In this document: positions 7,965 to 17,318 of the stretch, piece after piece
Layout: every line of letters begins with the position of its first letter
How positions within the stretch are numbered: the stretch's first letter is position 1
From: Candidatus Latescibacterota bacterium
GTDB taxonomy: Bacteria; Latescibacterota; UBA2968; GCA-2709665
NCBI GenBank assembly: GCA_965226795.1
Contig: CBDDDZ010000004.1
Span: 96,001 to 160,000 of the forward strand
Reading direction: 5' to 3'
DNA: 64,000 nt
Notes under the pieces: model-generated
Databases searched by the model: none
What the model saw: only the letters and a program-made list of their open reading frames with translations
What the model was told of the DNA's origin: nothing
Made by a program: the position numbers and the translations under genes

Positions 7965-10493
7965 TTAACGAATGATGACCAGCTTGGCGCCCTTCACCTG
8001 GCCCTCGGTCCCCGGCAAGAGGGACTCGACGGTGACAAAATAGACGCCGAAGGTCAACTGCGTGATATGCGTTCTGTTAAACTGGAAGAAGGCTGCCTCA
8101 CCCTCTGTCTGCGAATCGTGGTCCACCTCGCCCACCAGGTCGCCGGCCACGGAGAAGATCCTGATCTTCGCCTTCCTCGGAACGTTCAGGATGCGGATCT
8201 TTTTTGAGCCCTCGTAGGTGTGCGGCGCCTTGGGGATGTAGGGATTCGGCACAATGACGATGTCCTTTTCCAGCCGGTCCGCGCTTGCCGTGGGCACCTG
8301 CACCGGGCTGTCGGGCGCCGACCCCGAGGGGGGCAGATAGTAGGTGGAAACGTCTCCGATGCCCGACTCGTAGGCCCGGACGCCGCCTTCCACCGTGGCG
8401 CCGGTTACGCGGCTGGCGAATCCGGTGTTGGCGCTGCCCTGGTAGGAACGCACGGCATAATAGTACTGAAATCCGGCAAGCGAGTTCTCGTCCTCGTACG
8501 CGTATTCCTGCGAGCCGTCCGCCGGCAGGTCCTGGATGAGCGTCCAGATACCGGGCTGCGTCTCGGACTGGTACACCCGGTAGCCCGCGACGTCGGACTG
8601 GCCCGTATCCGGATTGATCGACTTCTCGGGATCGCCGCTCCAGGTGATGAGGTTTCGTGCATTTTCCGAGGAAGTCACCATAGCGTCCACGTCGGGAGGC
8701 TGATTGGGCAGGTCGTAACCCAGCGCGTAGGCCTCCTTGGCCTTATTCAGGTGGTTGAGCAGGTTGGTGAACGCGGCCCCGTTCTCTTCCTTCTTGAGTT
8801 CGCTGCTGTCTCCCGACTTCTGGAAAGCCCGGAAATTCTCCGTAACGGGAGCCGCCGCGACGTAGGCGAACACGAACTTCACCTTCTGGCCAGGCGCCAG
8901 ATCGTAGGGGCCGTAGGTTTCCACGGGGGTGTAGGCCGCGGCGATCCCATGCCGCCCCTCCCACTCCCACGCGGGGATCGGCATATACGGCATGCGGCCT
9001 ACCGGGACGTCCGGAACCGGCAGCAGCGGCACTCCCAGGTTGGGGTTGCCAGACCCCCGGCTCGGACGCTCCAGAAGCGGCAGGTCGAAATACGACGGTT
9101 CCGGCGTACTGACGAGCATCTGGTAAAGCGTTTCATGGTTCATCTCGTTCGGGTTCGGCTCGTCCGTAAGGAACCCGACGGCATCCGACGCACCGGACGG
9201 ATATCGGTACAGAAAATGGAAGAAATTGTACGCGAATGGCTGTTCCGTCACCTTCGGCGCCTCGTAGACCTCAGGATCGCCCGCGAACCCGTCCGTGGGA
9301 TCCACGTCGATCGGGGCCTTGCCGATCCAGGCGGGGGACGTCAGGTCCCCAACGCCGATCAGGCTCGGGAAGGTGCACTGGGCGCACCTGTGTTCGGATC
9401 GATAGGGATCTCCGATATCGTCGGACAGCGGCCCGGTAAGGCAGTAATTGTTCCAGTCGTACTGGTAGGTGAGCCTCAGACCTCGGGCAGAGGCCGGACC
9501 GTCGTAATTCGGTGCTTCGGTATACTTGATCTTGTCGTCCTGGGAATTGTCCAGGGGTCCGAAATTACTGCTGCATCCGTCTCCCGTGCCGTAGTCGGAA
9601 TAGTAGGCTCTGTAGCTCGTCCGGGAGACGCCCGCGGAAGACGGCATGAAGCGGTGATGGAACGAAAAATATACGTTCGTGAGATTGTGCCCGCCGCCCG
9701 CAAGGTCGGCCACCCGGTCGCCGTCGGTATCGCCGGTATTTTCGAACACCCACTCGGTGATCACGAAATCGTCGTAGTCCGGGTGGTTCCACGCAAAGGC
9801 CGCCTTTTCTCCGGTGATGCCCAGCCCGGTGGTCCACTTGCTCAGTATAATGTCTTCCGGAAAGTTGTCAGTGGAAACGTCGTTGTACTGGCCGATGCGG
9901 TAGTTCAAAATCTCCCTGGGTTCCAGCGCATCCAGTTGGACCCCGGTACCGGGCCACCAGTTGGCCATTGAGCGGCCCGTGTTGGGGCTGACCACGTCGT
10001 TGCCCAGCCCCGCGTACCGGCCCTTGAAGTCCTCGCCGGGATCCACCGCCATCGCCACCACGTCTTCGCTTTCCTCCATCGCCGAAATGAGAGGATCGGC
10101 CCAACTCACCGCGGCCTGGCCGTTCACCTTCGCGGCGATCCACCACCCATGGCCGCGGCCGTTGTGCGACGTGAGGTCGACGTGCATGCTCCCGGCGCTG
10201 CGCTGATCCCCATAATAGGAGGAAAAGTCGTTCGTTCCGCCTCCTCCCCAACTGATCAGCGCGAACCCGGGATAGGCCAGATCCAGATAGAGGCCGGCAT
10301 AGTTCCCTTCCACCGGCCGAGCCCCTTCGGCGCCCGTGCTGAGAAAGCTGTGCCAGAGCGTGCCGCGCGCAAGGTGCCGGGGCGTCAGCGATTCGCCGGC
10401 CGCGTTGGTAAAGGTCGCCCGCTGACCCTCGGCCGGAATCCAGAACACGCCTGCGATAAGGAGCGCGCCCACAAACGAGTATATGCGTCTCAT
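7965..10493 (-). CDS. Secreted protein with FN3-like domain and T9SS type-A-like C-terminal sorting domain
   Basis: Signal peptide; VAGYRVYQS...YYYAVRSY (FN3-like); C-terminus IVIVPNPY...KIRIFSVAGDLV...GVYFVTVE...KLVIIR; start at ATG 10493. Confidence 0.7.
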   Translation of the reverse strand: MRRIYSFVGALLIAGVFWIPAEGQRATFTNAAGESLTPRHLARGTLWHSFLSTGAEGARPVEGNYAGLYLDLAYPGFALISWGGGGTNDFSSYYGDQRSAGSMHVDLTSHNGRGHGWWIAAKVNGQAAVSWADPLISAMEESEDVVAMAVDPGEDFKGRYAGLGNDVVSPNTGRSMANWWPGTGVQLDALEPREILNYRIGQYNDVSTDNFPEDIILSKWTTGLGITGEKAAFAWNHPDYDDFVITEWVFENTGDTDGDRVADLAGGGHNLTNVYFSFHHRFMPSSAGVSRTSYRAYYSDYGTGDGCSSNFGPLDNSQDDKIKYTEAPNYDGPASARGLRLTYQYDWNNYCLTGPLSDDIGDPYRSEHRCAQCTFPSLIGVGDLTSPAWIGKAPIDVDPTDGFAGDPEVYEAPKVTEQPFAYNFFHFLYRYPSGASDAVGFLTDEPNPNEMNHETLYQMLVSTPEPSYFDLPLLERPSRGSGNPNLGVPLLPVPDVPVGRMPYMPIPAWEWEGRHGIAAAYTPVETYGPYDLAPGQKVKFVFAYVAAAPVTENFRAFQKSGDSSELKKEENGAAFTNLLNHLNKAKEAYALGYDLPNQPPDVDAMVTSSENARNLITWSGDPEKSINPDTGQSDVAGYRVYQSETQPGIWTLIQDLPADGSQEYAYEDENSLAGFQYYYAVRSYQGSANTGFASRVTGATVEGGVRAYESGIGDVSTYYLPPSGSAPDSPVQVPTASADRLEKDIVIVPNPYIPKAPHTYEGSKKIRILNVPRKAKIRIFSVAGDLVGEVDHDSQTEGEAAFFQFNRTHITQLTFGVYFVTVESLLPGTEGQVKGAKLVIIR

Positions 10494-10554
10494 TGAATTT
10501 CTCCCCGCCTGTTTGTGCCGTGGCGGCCGCGCCGCCACGGCATCGTAGCCATAC

Positions 10555-13500
10555 CTAGAAACCGATCCGCAGCCCCATATTTACGTACCGCGGCGTGCCG
10601 CCCCGACTGTAGTTCGAGTCGCCGTACTTCAGATAGTTGGTGTCGTTCGGCGTGGGCTTCTTCAAACCCCAGCGGACGTAGTTGGCGCCGAAGGAGGGGT
10701 CATAATAGGTGTTGAAGAGGTTGAATACCTCCGCGTAGAACGTGGGGGTCGTGTTGCCGATACGGAACGACTTCTGGAAATTCAGGTCCGTCCGCACGAA
10801 AATCGGCCGATTGCGGGCGCTCTGAACGCTCGTGCCAGGCAGGGTGATCTGAAACTGTCGTCCGTTATCCAGCCGCCAGACCACGTTGGCCTGGATGCCA
10901 CCCAGGATCCTGGCGCCGCCCACGTATCCGCCCGGCCCCCAGTCCATCGGCGTGGACCAGAGGAACTGGAACGAGGCATTGGTCGTGGGCGGCTGCCCGT
11001 TGAACGCGTCCACCTGCCGCCAGACGTCCTCGAACCAGAGATTCTGCATGTCCTGCTTTTCGGATTCGCTGAGACCCGGATACTCATACCACGGACGGAT
11101 CGCGTCGAGCCGGTTGGTACCCCACGCCCCCACAAAGGTCGTCCCATCCTGCTGTTTTTTCCGGATCGTCTCATTGGCCCTGTGGCCGATCGTCCTGATT
11201 TCGTCGTCAGTCAGCCGGACGATCTCGTCGTTCGCATCCACGGTGAAGTAATTCGAACTGGCGATGTAGTTGGAGTCCGGAAACGTCGTGACCTGGAGCT
11301 GTGAGCCGCCGGACCAGTTGAAGAGCGCCCAACTCACGTCCAGCCCCACCCGGAAGGAGAAATTGTGGGAAAAGGCCTTGGTGAACCCGACTTCGATTCC
11401 CTTGGTTTCGAGGCGTGCGTTCGGACCTCTGTGGCCCACGTAGGCGAGGGTCTGGACCGGATCCTGGAACCGGTGCACCCCACCCGAGCCCACCCGCTCG
11501 GTACGTCGGTAGTAGGTGGACAGTTCCATGACGAAATCGCTGATGAAATTCCACTCGCCGGTGACCTCGAACTCGGCCGTATTCGGCAGACCTCCCGGAT
11601 CCTGGTAACCGCCGTCCAGTCGCCACTGCCCGCCCCCGATCCAGTTCAGATCGAACCAGACGTCGTCCAATTCGGGGTGGTTCTCGGCGTCGGAAGTCGC
11701 CCAGGGCTCCAGCCACAGGAGAGAAAAGTGCGGCGGCTTGTAGTACACCCCGTACGAATACCGCACGGTGGACCGGTCCGTGATCGGGTGGGACAGACCG
11801 ATCCGCGGCGACAGGCTGGTCATCGGCCGGGTTTGCGCCAGCGGCACCCGCCCGGTGCGCCAGGCCTTATAGGTTCTCCACCCCGGCAATGCCTTCATAA
11901 AGCCGGACAACGTCCGCTCGGGCCCGCCCCAGAAACTGTCGAAACGCAGGCCGGCGTGCACCACCAGGCCCTGGAACTCCAGTTTTTCGTCGATGTACGC
12001 CGCCAGCCGGTTTACCGTGTATCGCTTGCCGGGCTCGCTGTTCCCTGCCATGATCTTGAGCGTGGCGTTGGTCGCGCTGGACCGGTTGTAGTCCCAGTTG
12101 AGGTTGTTCATGTTCTGAAAGACAAGACCGGCCTTGAACAGATTCCGCCGGGTGAGTTGCCCGGTCAAGTCGTAGCGGAAGTTGTACCGGCGGTTGTCTT
12201 CCACCACAATGCGCCTGCGGTCCCTATCTATATTGAACTGACCCAGTTTGTCCCGTCGCCAGGATGTTGTGGTGGAAGGTACGTCTTCGCCCGGATCGGT
12301 CTTCGTACCGTAGAAACCGACCTGGAATTCGTGGAACATTCTGGGATTGATACTCTGCGTGCCCGTCACGTAGAAAATCCGGTTGACCCGGTTCTGCTGA
12401 TAACCCGTCGTGCCGTTGATCAGGAAGAGGTTGCCCCCGACCGACCGGTTGGCGTCGCCGAAGAACGTCGGCTCGTTGGATTGGTTGAACCCCACTTTGA
12501 CTTTGAGGTTGGGCGACGGGTAGAAGCTGATTTTTCCGAAGATGCTGTGTTGGCGCAGCCCGGTCAGCGTGGGCGCCGGCAGACTCAGTTTGGCGCGGCT
12601 GGTTTTCCCGCTCACCACAAAGGTGGCGTTTTCGCCCAACGGCCCGGTGACCCATCCCTCCACGAGGTGCCCGACGGAACTTTCGTAGTCCTGCTTTACA
12701 TGAATCTTCTGTCCGGTGACCGAATCCTCCTCGTTCACCCATTCCGGGTTGTTCCACTGCAGCCTGTCGCGCCAGTACCCGTTCGCCCCCCCGCGCTCCC
12801 CCGGCGTGGCGTCGTAAACGTTGGGTCCGCGGTGCCGCTTCCCGGGCATTTCCACCCGGAGGTCGACGCCGCCACGGTAGATCCGCGTACCCTCCCTGCT
12901 GATGATATTCACCACGCCCGCGGGCGACGACGCCTGGGAGGCGTCTGCCCCGCCTCTGACCAGCCCCATCTCCCCGACCGACGTCACGGGCAGGTTCGTG
13001 TATTGCCGGACGCCCGTCTGCTGCGAGGTGTCCAGGTTCATCAGTTCAATGCCGTCGAACGTCCAGGTCTGCGCCGCGCGCATGGAATAATAGCTCATAT
13101 GACGAATGCGCACGCCGTTGCCCGGGCTGTCGTTCACATTCGTTCCCACGGCATACTGCAGGTGCTCCTTGACGCCCCTGATAATCGGGACCTGTTCAAT
13201 TTCCTGCGAGGAGATCTTCGTCTCGCTGGAGGTCCGGTCCACCTCCACCAGGGGTCGCTCGGCCCTTACCACAATCTCGGCGGCCTCGAGCGCCGATTCC
13301 CGGAGCGTGAAATCGGACACGGTGGTCAGGCCCGCCGCCACCTTGGCCCGCTCCCGGACAACCGTCTCGTATCCGACCATCGATGCCTTCAGGGTGTATA
13401 ACCCGGGCTCGACGCCGATAATGATATAATACCCCTCGTTGTCGCAGGTCGCTCCGAAGCGCGTCCCTTCGACCACCACGTTGGCTCCCGGCAGGGCCCC

Positions 13501-13617
13501 GCCGTCCACGTCGGTCACCTGTCCGGTAATCTTTCCGTAGAAGGTCTGGGACCGCGCCGGCCCGACCAGCAGGCATAGCACCGCGATTGTGCCCAAAACC
13601 ACTAATTCACGCCTCAT
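10555..13617 (-). CDS. TonB-dependent receptor with N-terminal carboxypeptidase-regulatory-like domain
   Basis: GKITGQVTD..GGALPGANVVVEG, GVVNIISREG plug end, LSPRIGLSHPIT, VFNLFN, terminal GLRIGF. Confidence 0.9.
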   Translation of the reverse strand: MRRELVVLGTIAVLCLLVGPARSQTFYGKITGQVTDVDGGALPGANVVVEGTRFGATCDNEGYYIIIGVEPGLYTLKASMVGYETVVRERAKVAAGLTTVSDFTLRESALEAAEIVVRAERPLVEVDRTSSETKISSQEIEQVPIIRGVKEHLQYAVGTNVNDSPGNGVRIRHMSYYSMRAAQTWTFDGIELMNLDTSQQTGVRQYTNLPVTSVGEMGLVRGGADASQASSPAGVVNIISREGTRIYRGGVDLRVEMPGKRHRGPNVYDATPGERGGANGYWRDRLQWNNPEWVNEEDSVTGQKIHVKQDYESSVGHLVEGWVTGPLGENATFVVSGKTSRAKLSLPAPTLTGLRQHSIFGKISFYPSPNLKVKVGFNQSNEPTFFGDANRSVGGNLFLINGTTGYQQNRVNRIFYVTGTQSINPRMFHEFQVGFYGTKTDPGEDVPSTTTSWRRDKLGQFNIDRDRRRIVVEDNRRYNFRYDLTGQLTRRNLFKAGLVFQNMNNLNWDYNRSSATNATLKIMAGNSEPGKRYTVNRLAAYIDEKLEFQGLVVHAGLRFDSFWGGPERTLSGFMKALPGWRTYKAWRTGRVPLAQTRPMTSLSPRIGLSHPITDRSTVRYSYGVYYKPPHFSLLWLEPWATSDAENHPELDDVWFDLNWIGGGQWRLDGGYQDPGGLPNTAEFEVTGEWNFISDFVMELSTYYRRTERVGSGGVHRFQDPVQTLAYVGHRGPNARLETKGIEVGFTKAFSHNFSFRVGLDVSWALFNWSGGSQLQVTTFPDSNYIASSNYFTVDANDEIVRLTDDEIRTIGHRANETIRKKQQDGTTFVGAWGTNRLDAIRPWYEYPGLSESEKQDMQNLWFEDVWRQVDAFNGQPPTTNASFQFLWSTPMDWGPGGYVGGARILGGIQANVVWRLDNGRQFQITLPGTSVQSARNRPIFVRTDLNFQKSFRIGNTTPTFYAEVFNLFNTYYDPSFGANYVRWGLKKPTPNDTNYLKYGDSNYSRGGTPRYVNMGLRIGF

Positions 13618-13799
13618 ACGCCAACTCCTTAGCTGAAGAACCCATCGTCCATCCGGCCGATCAACGCCCGAAGCCGGGCATTGCCAGCGTCGGATACGCG
13701 GATGGAACGCTCAGTTTAAGTTCTAACCGCCCCAATCCCCTCGATCTGTGGTCCTATCCATAGGCAATCCTCCTCGTCGGCAAACGGGTCAGAGTTGAT

Positions 13800-14489
13800 T
13801 CATGCTCCCGCGCCGAAATCTCCGGCGAATTGAATAAAGTCCTCGAAATTGACCGCTCCATCACCGTTCAGGTCGAACACCGGGTCGAAATTGCCATCGC
13901 CGTTGCTCGTTCCGAAAGCCGTGGCAAAGCTTGAAAAGTCCGTGAAGTCGACCTTCCCATCTTCGTTGAAGTCCGACCGGTGCTCAGTGCCGACGCCCCC
14001 GGGCGAATGCACAGGAACGCTGTTGAAAAACCCCGGATTGCTGAGCGACAACCGCCGGCCCGGCGCCCGATCGCCAGGACGCCAGTTGCCTGCCGGATCG
14101 CCGAGTTCGTTTCCGTTCGTAAAGCCGTCCCGGTCCGAGTCGATCCGGGCCAGACTCGGCCCCCACATCACATTTCCGGAATAACCCGACTCGGAAAGAA
14201 ATCCCTTCTTGATCGTTACACCAAATGCATTGAGAGGGCCGCCCCCGCCCGTGTAGGTGTGACAGCTGGCACAGATGGCGTCCCCTTCGTTAGTGGCTTC
14301 ATGCGTCGTCTCGGAAAGCGGAATATCGAGCCGGGTCGTTGTTCTGCCCCGGTCGACGTGGCAGGTGCGGCATAGCGCGGCGCTGGCGTTGGGAACCTGA
14401 AAGACACGTTTCGGCCGCGCCTCGCCCTCCTTGCACCAACCAGCCGCGAAAACGATGAGAAAAATAAACGATCCGGCCCGTGTGTTCAT
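13800..14489 (-). CDS. Secreted protein: two CxxCH motifs, temptin-like segment, C-terminal paired EF-hand/dockerin-like domain
   Basis: CRTCH, CASCH, GGGPLNAFG...DSDRDGFTNGNELGDP, DFNEDGKVDFTDF and DLNGDGAVNFEDF. Confidence 0.7.
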   Translation of the reverse strand: MNTRAGSFIFLIVFAAGWCKEGEARPKRVFQVPNASAALCRTCHVDRGRTTTRLDIPLSETTHEATNEGDAICASCHTYTGGGGPLNAFGVTIKKGFLSESGYSGNVMWGPSLARIDSDRDGFTNGNELGDPAGNWRPGDRAPGRRLSLSNPGFFNSVPVHSPGGVGTEHRSDFNEDGKVDFTDFSSFATAFGTSNGDGNFDPVFDLNGDGAVNFEDFIQFAGDFGAGA

Positions 14490-15227
14490 TTATCGCACGT
14501 AGTACTTGATACCGACCATGAGGTTGAAACTGAAAATCGGAAACGTCTTCTTCAGGTCCCAGTCCTCGTAGGGCCTGAGTTCGCCCATCGATACGTTCCA
14601 CCGGATCCGAAAATCCACCAGAAATTTATCGGACGTGCGGCGGTAGAAGCCCAACCCGGTGTTGATCGACAGCGCCACGTCTTCGTCAACCGTGGACTCC
14701 TTCATGCCCTGTGAATCGGTCCGGATCTGTTCGCCCACCTGTCCGGGCCAGATCAGGCCCGAAACCTCGTGGGTATACTTGAGAAAGCCGATACCGGCCG
14801 CGATGTAGGGAACACTGCGGCCAGGCTCGTCCGGCTGGAACGTCCGGAGACCGTTGACCACGATGCCTCCGATCCACATACTGGCCTCGGCGCCCGGGCT
14901 TTTTACCGAGGAACCGTTTGCCGCGCCCAAGCCGTTGTGCCAGGTGAACGACCGGTCGGACAATCCGGCGTCGGCCAGTGGCGAGTACGTCACTTCGACT
15001 TCCGTCATCGTTCTGTCGGAAACCTGATAGGTCAACTGCCCGACGAACGCCGGCGAGATATTGTACCAGCCCTTGAACGGCCCCGCCGGGCGCAGCATCG
15101 ACCCGTGGACGCCGAGCGCGTAGCGCAACTCCTGCGCCTGCGAGGCGGGCACCAGGCCGAGTCCGAACAGAAAATACACGCCCAGGACCGATCCAAGCGC
15201 CAATCTGAGAATGCCGGTTGCTCTCAT
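14490..15227 (-). CDS. Outer-membrane beta-barrel domain protein
   Basis: Start at ATG 15227 after AAGGAGG; signal peptide; amphipathic strands (VPYIAAGIG, SFNLMVGIKYY). Confidence 0.7.
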   Translation of the reverse strand: MRATGILRLALGSVLGVYFLFGLGLVPASQAQELRYALGVHGSMLRPAGPFKGWYNISPAFVGQLTYQVSDRTMTEVEVTYSPLADAGLSDRSFTWHNGLGAANGSSVKSPGAEASMWIGGIVVNGLRTFQPDEPGRSVPYIAAGIGFLKYTHEVSGLIWPGQVGEQIRTDSQGMKESTVDEDVALSINTGLGFYRRTSDKFLVDFRIRWNVSMGELRPYEDWDLKKTFPIFSFNLMVGIKYYVR

Positions 15228-15542
15228 AACAACGGACCTCCTTTTCCGACTGCGGCCATGTGATGACCCGTCTAATGCGCCTTCACGACAGATCCTGTTA
15301 CCGATAAACCGCTTACAGGATTCCTTGTCGGACATCCTGCAATGCATCGTACAAGTTGAGAATATAAGATCAGTTAAACAAAAAACAAACAAAAAAACGA
15401 CCGGTCATAGAGTCCATCGTCGTTGGCAGACAGACCTCCATAGTTGGCTCTTTTTTGGTTGCGCCGTTTCGGAGTCCGGACGTATCTTTCGCGAGGATCC
15501 AGGCAAGCCCGATGGCATGAATCGCAGGAAAGGACGGATCAG

Positions 15543-17270
15543 ATGAAATGGCCCGGCGGCCGCGTCCGCAGGACGCGTTTTTTCGTGGCGGTTTTCTGCG
15601 CCGCCACAGTGTGCTTCGACCTTACGGGTGCGGCAACGGCAATGCCGACCGCCGCGAGGGAGGCGCTCGAGGCCGGGCTCGAGCATGCCGGCGCGGGCCG
15701 GCTGCATGAGGCTTTAGAGGAAATGACGCGGGCTGCGGAATTGGCCCCGGAATCGGCGCAGATCTGGCACAACCTGGGCATCCTGAGCGCGCAGATGGGC
15801 CGGCTGGCCGACGCGGCGGATATGCTGCAACGCGCGGCTCGCCTGGAACCGGATTACCGGCACACCCACGTCGTGCTGGGGGCCGTATACCAACGGAATG
15901 GGCAACTGGCCGAGGCGGAACGGGCGTATCGGCGCTCGGTGGAACTGGCCCCTGGCCTGCCCGACGCACACCGGGCGCTCGGCATCCTCGCGGTGGCCCG
16001 GAGTGACCTCGGAGCGGCGGCGGCGGCGTTCAGCCGAGCGGTGGAACTGGCGCCCGGCAGCGCTGAACTTCGATACCGCCTCGGCGCCGTTGCACTGAAG
16101 AGGGGCAACAAGAAGGCCGGCGAAGCCGCCTTGAAGCGGGCGGTATCGCTGGAACCCGGCCTTCTGCCGGCCTGGCTGGAACTGGCGGCTTACTACAAAC
16201 GCCAGCGCTACCTGGTCAGGGCGCTGGACACATACACCCGCGCCGCGGCCGTGGACCCGGGCTCTTCGACCGCCTGGCAGGGACTGGGAGACGTGGAAGC
16301 CGCTCGAGGCAACTCATCACGGGCCGCCGACGCGTTCCGAAGGGCCGAGCGGGCTGACGCTTCGAACGTGGACGCGCCCTTTCTGCTGGGCCGGGCGCTG
16401 CTCCTTCTCGGACGGGCGAAGGAGGCCGTTCCCGCGTTCGGCCGGGCAATCCGGCTGGCGCCGGACTTCGCCGACGCGCGTTCCGCCCTGGCGGAGGCCT
16501 ACACCGCCCTGGGGGAAGACCGGAAGGCCGCAGACGCCTACCGGGAGGCCGTTCGATATTCGCCGGCGCACGCAGGCGCCCATTTCGGACTTGGCGAGGT
16601 CCTGCTCAGGCTGGGCGACCTGCCCGATGCCGAGGCGGCATTCCGCCGGGCAATCGCGCTCGATGCGGATCACGCCAGGGCCCGCTACGGCCTGGGGCGG
16701 ACCTGCTTGCTTCAGGGACGGACGGAAGAAGGACGACGGGAACTGGAACAATTCGAGCGGTTGTCCCGAGAAGGGCACAAGCTGGATGTTCTGGAACGGG
16801 CGGTACTGCGCCACCCCGAAAACCCCGAACTGCACGATCGCCTCGGGCGGATCTACGCCACGCGGGGGCACGCCAGAGAAGCCGCCGCCGCTTTTGGCCG
16901 GGCCGTCGGGCGGGACAGCACGTTCACAGGCGCGTACGTTCGGTTGGCCGTGGCGGCCGCGGAAATCGGCGACCTGGGTACCGCCGAGCGGGCGCTGAAA
17001 CGGGCGATACGGCTCTCTCCGTCGCCGGGCCACTTTCTGGCCCTGGGCGCGGTCCACGAGCGCCAGCGGCGGTGGCGGGAGGCTGCGGCCGCGTTCGAGC
17101 AGACGATTCGACGGGACACACGCATTGTCGCGGCGCACCGGTCGCTGGCCGTGCTCTACGAACGGGCCGGAAGGATCGGTGCGGCCCGGCAGGCGTTAAA
17201 GCGCGTTCTGGCGCTCGACCCGGCCGACGAAGAAGCCCGTGCGGCCCTCAACCGCCTCGGCGAGAAATGA
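15543..17270 (+). CDS. Tetratricopeptide repeat protein
   Basis: Signal peptide followed by many 34-aa TPR units (e.g. AHFGLGEVLLRLGDLPDAEAAFRRAIALD). Confidence 0.85.
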   Translation: MKWPGGRVRRTRFFVAVFCAATVCFDLTGAATAMPTAAREALEAGLEHAGAGRLHEALEEMTRAAELAPESAQIWHNLGILSAQMGRLADAADMLQRAARLEPDYRHTHVVLGAVYQRNGQLAEAERAYRRSVELAPGLPDAHRALGILAVARSDLGAAAAAFSRAVELAPGSAELRYRLGAVALKRGNKKAGEAALKRAVSLEPGLLPAWLELAAYYKRQRYLVRALDTYTRAAAVDPGSSTAWQGLGDVEAARGNSSRAADAFRRAERADASNVDAPFLLGRALLLLGRAKEAVPAFGRAIRLAPDFADARSALAEAYTALGEDRKAADAYREAVRYSPAHAGAHFGLGEVLLRLGDLPDAEAAFRRAIALDADHARARYGLGRTCLLQGRTEEGRRELEQFERLSREGHKLDVLERAVLRHPENPELHDRLGRIYATRGHAREAAAAFGRAVGRDSTFTGAYVRLAVAAAEIGDLGTAERALKRAIRLSPSPGHFLALGAVHERQRRWREAAAAFEQTIRRDTRIVAAHRSLAVLYERAGRIGAARQALKRVLALDPADEEARAALNRLGEK

Positions 17271-17318
17271 TCGACGGGGCGGACCTTTGCCGGCGCCCGC
17301 CCTCACCGAACGATGGCG

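Noticed and set aside
11365..13401. 678-aa plus-strand ORF (likewise 8220-9971, 27017-29167, 42046-43515)
   Set aside because: Antisense shadows of well-supported genes
13620..13799. Riboswitch upstream of the TonB-dependent receptor
   Set aside because: Some stems are present but no cobalamin, TPP or SAM consensus was recognisable
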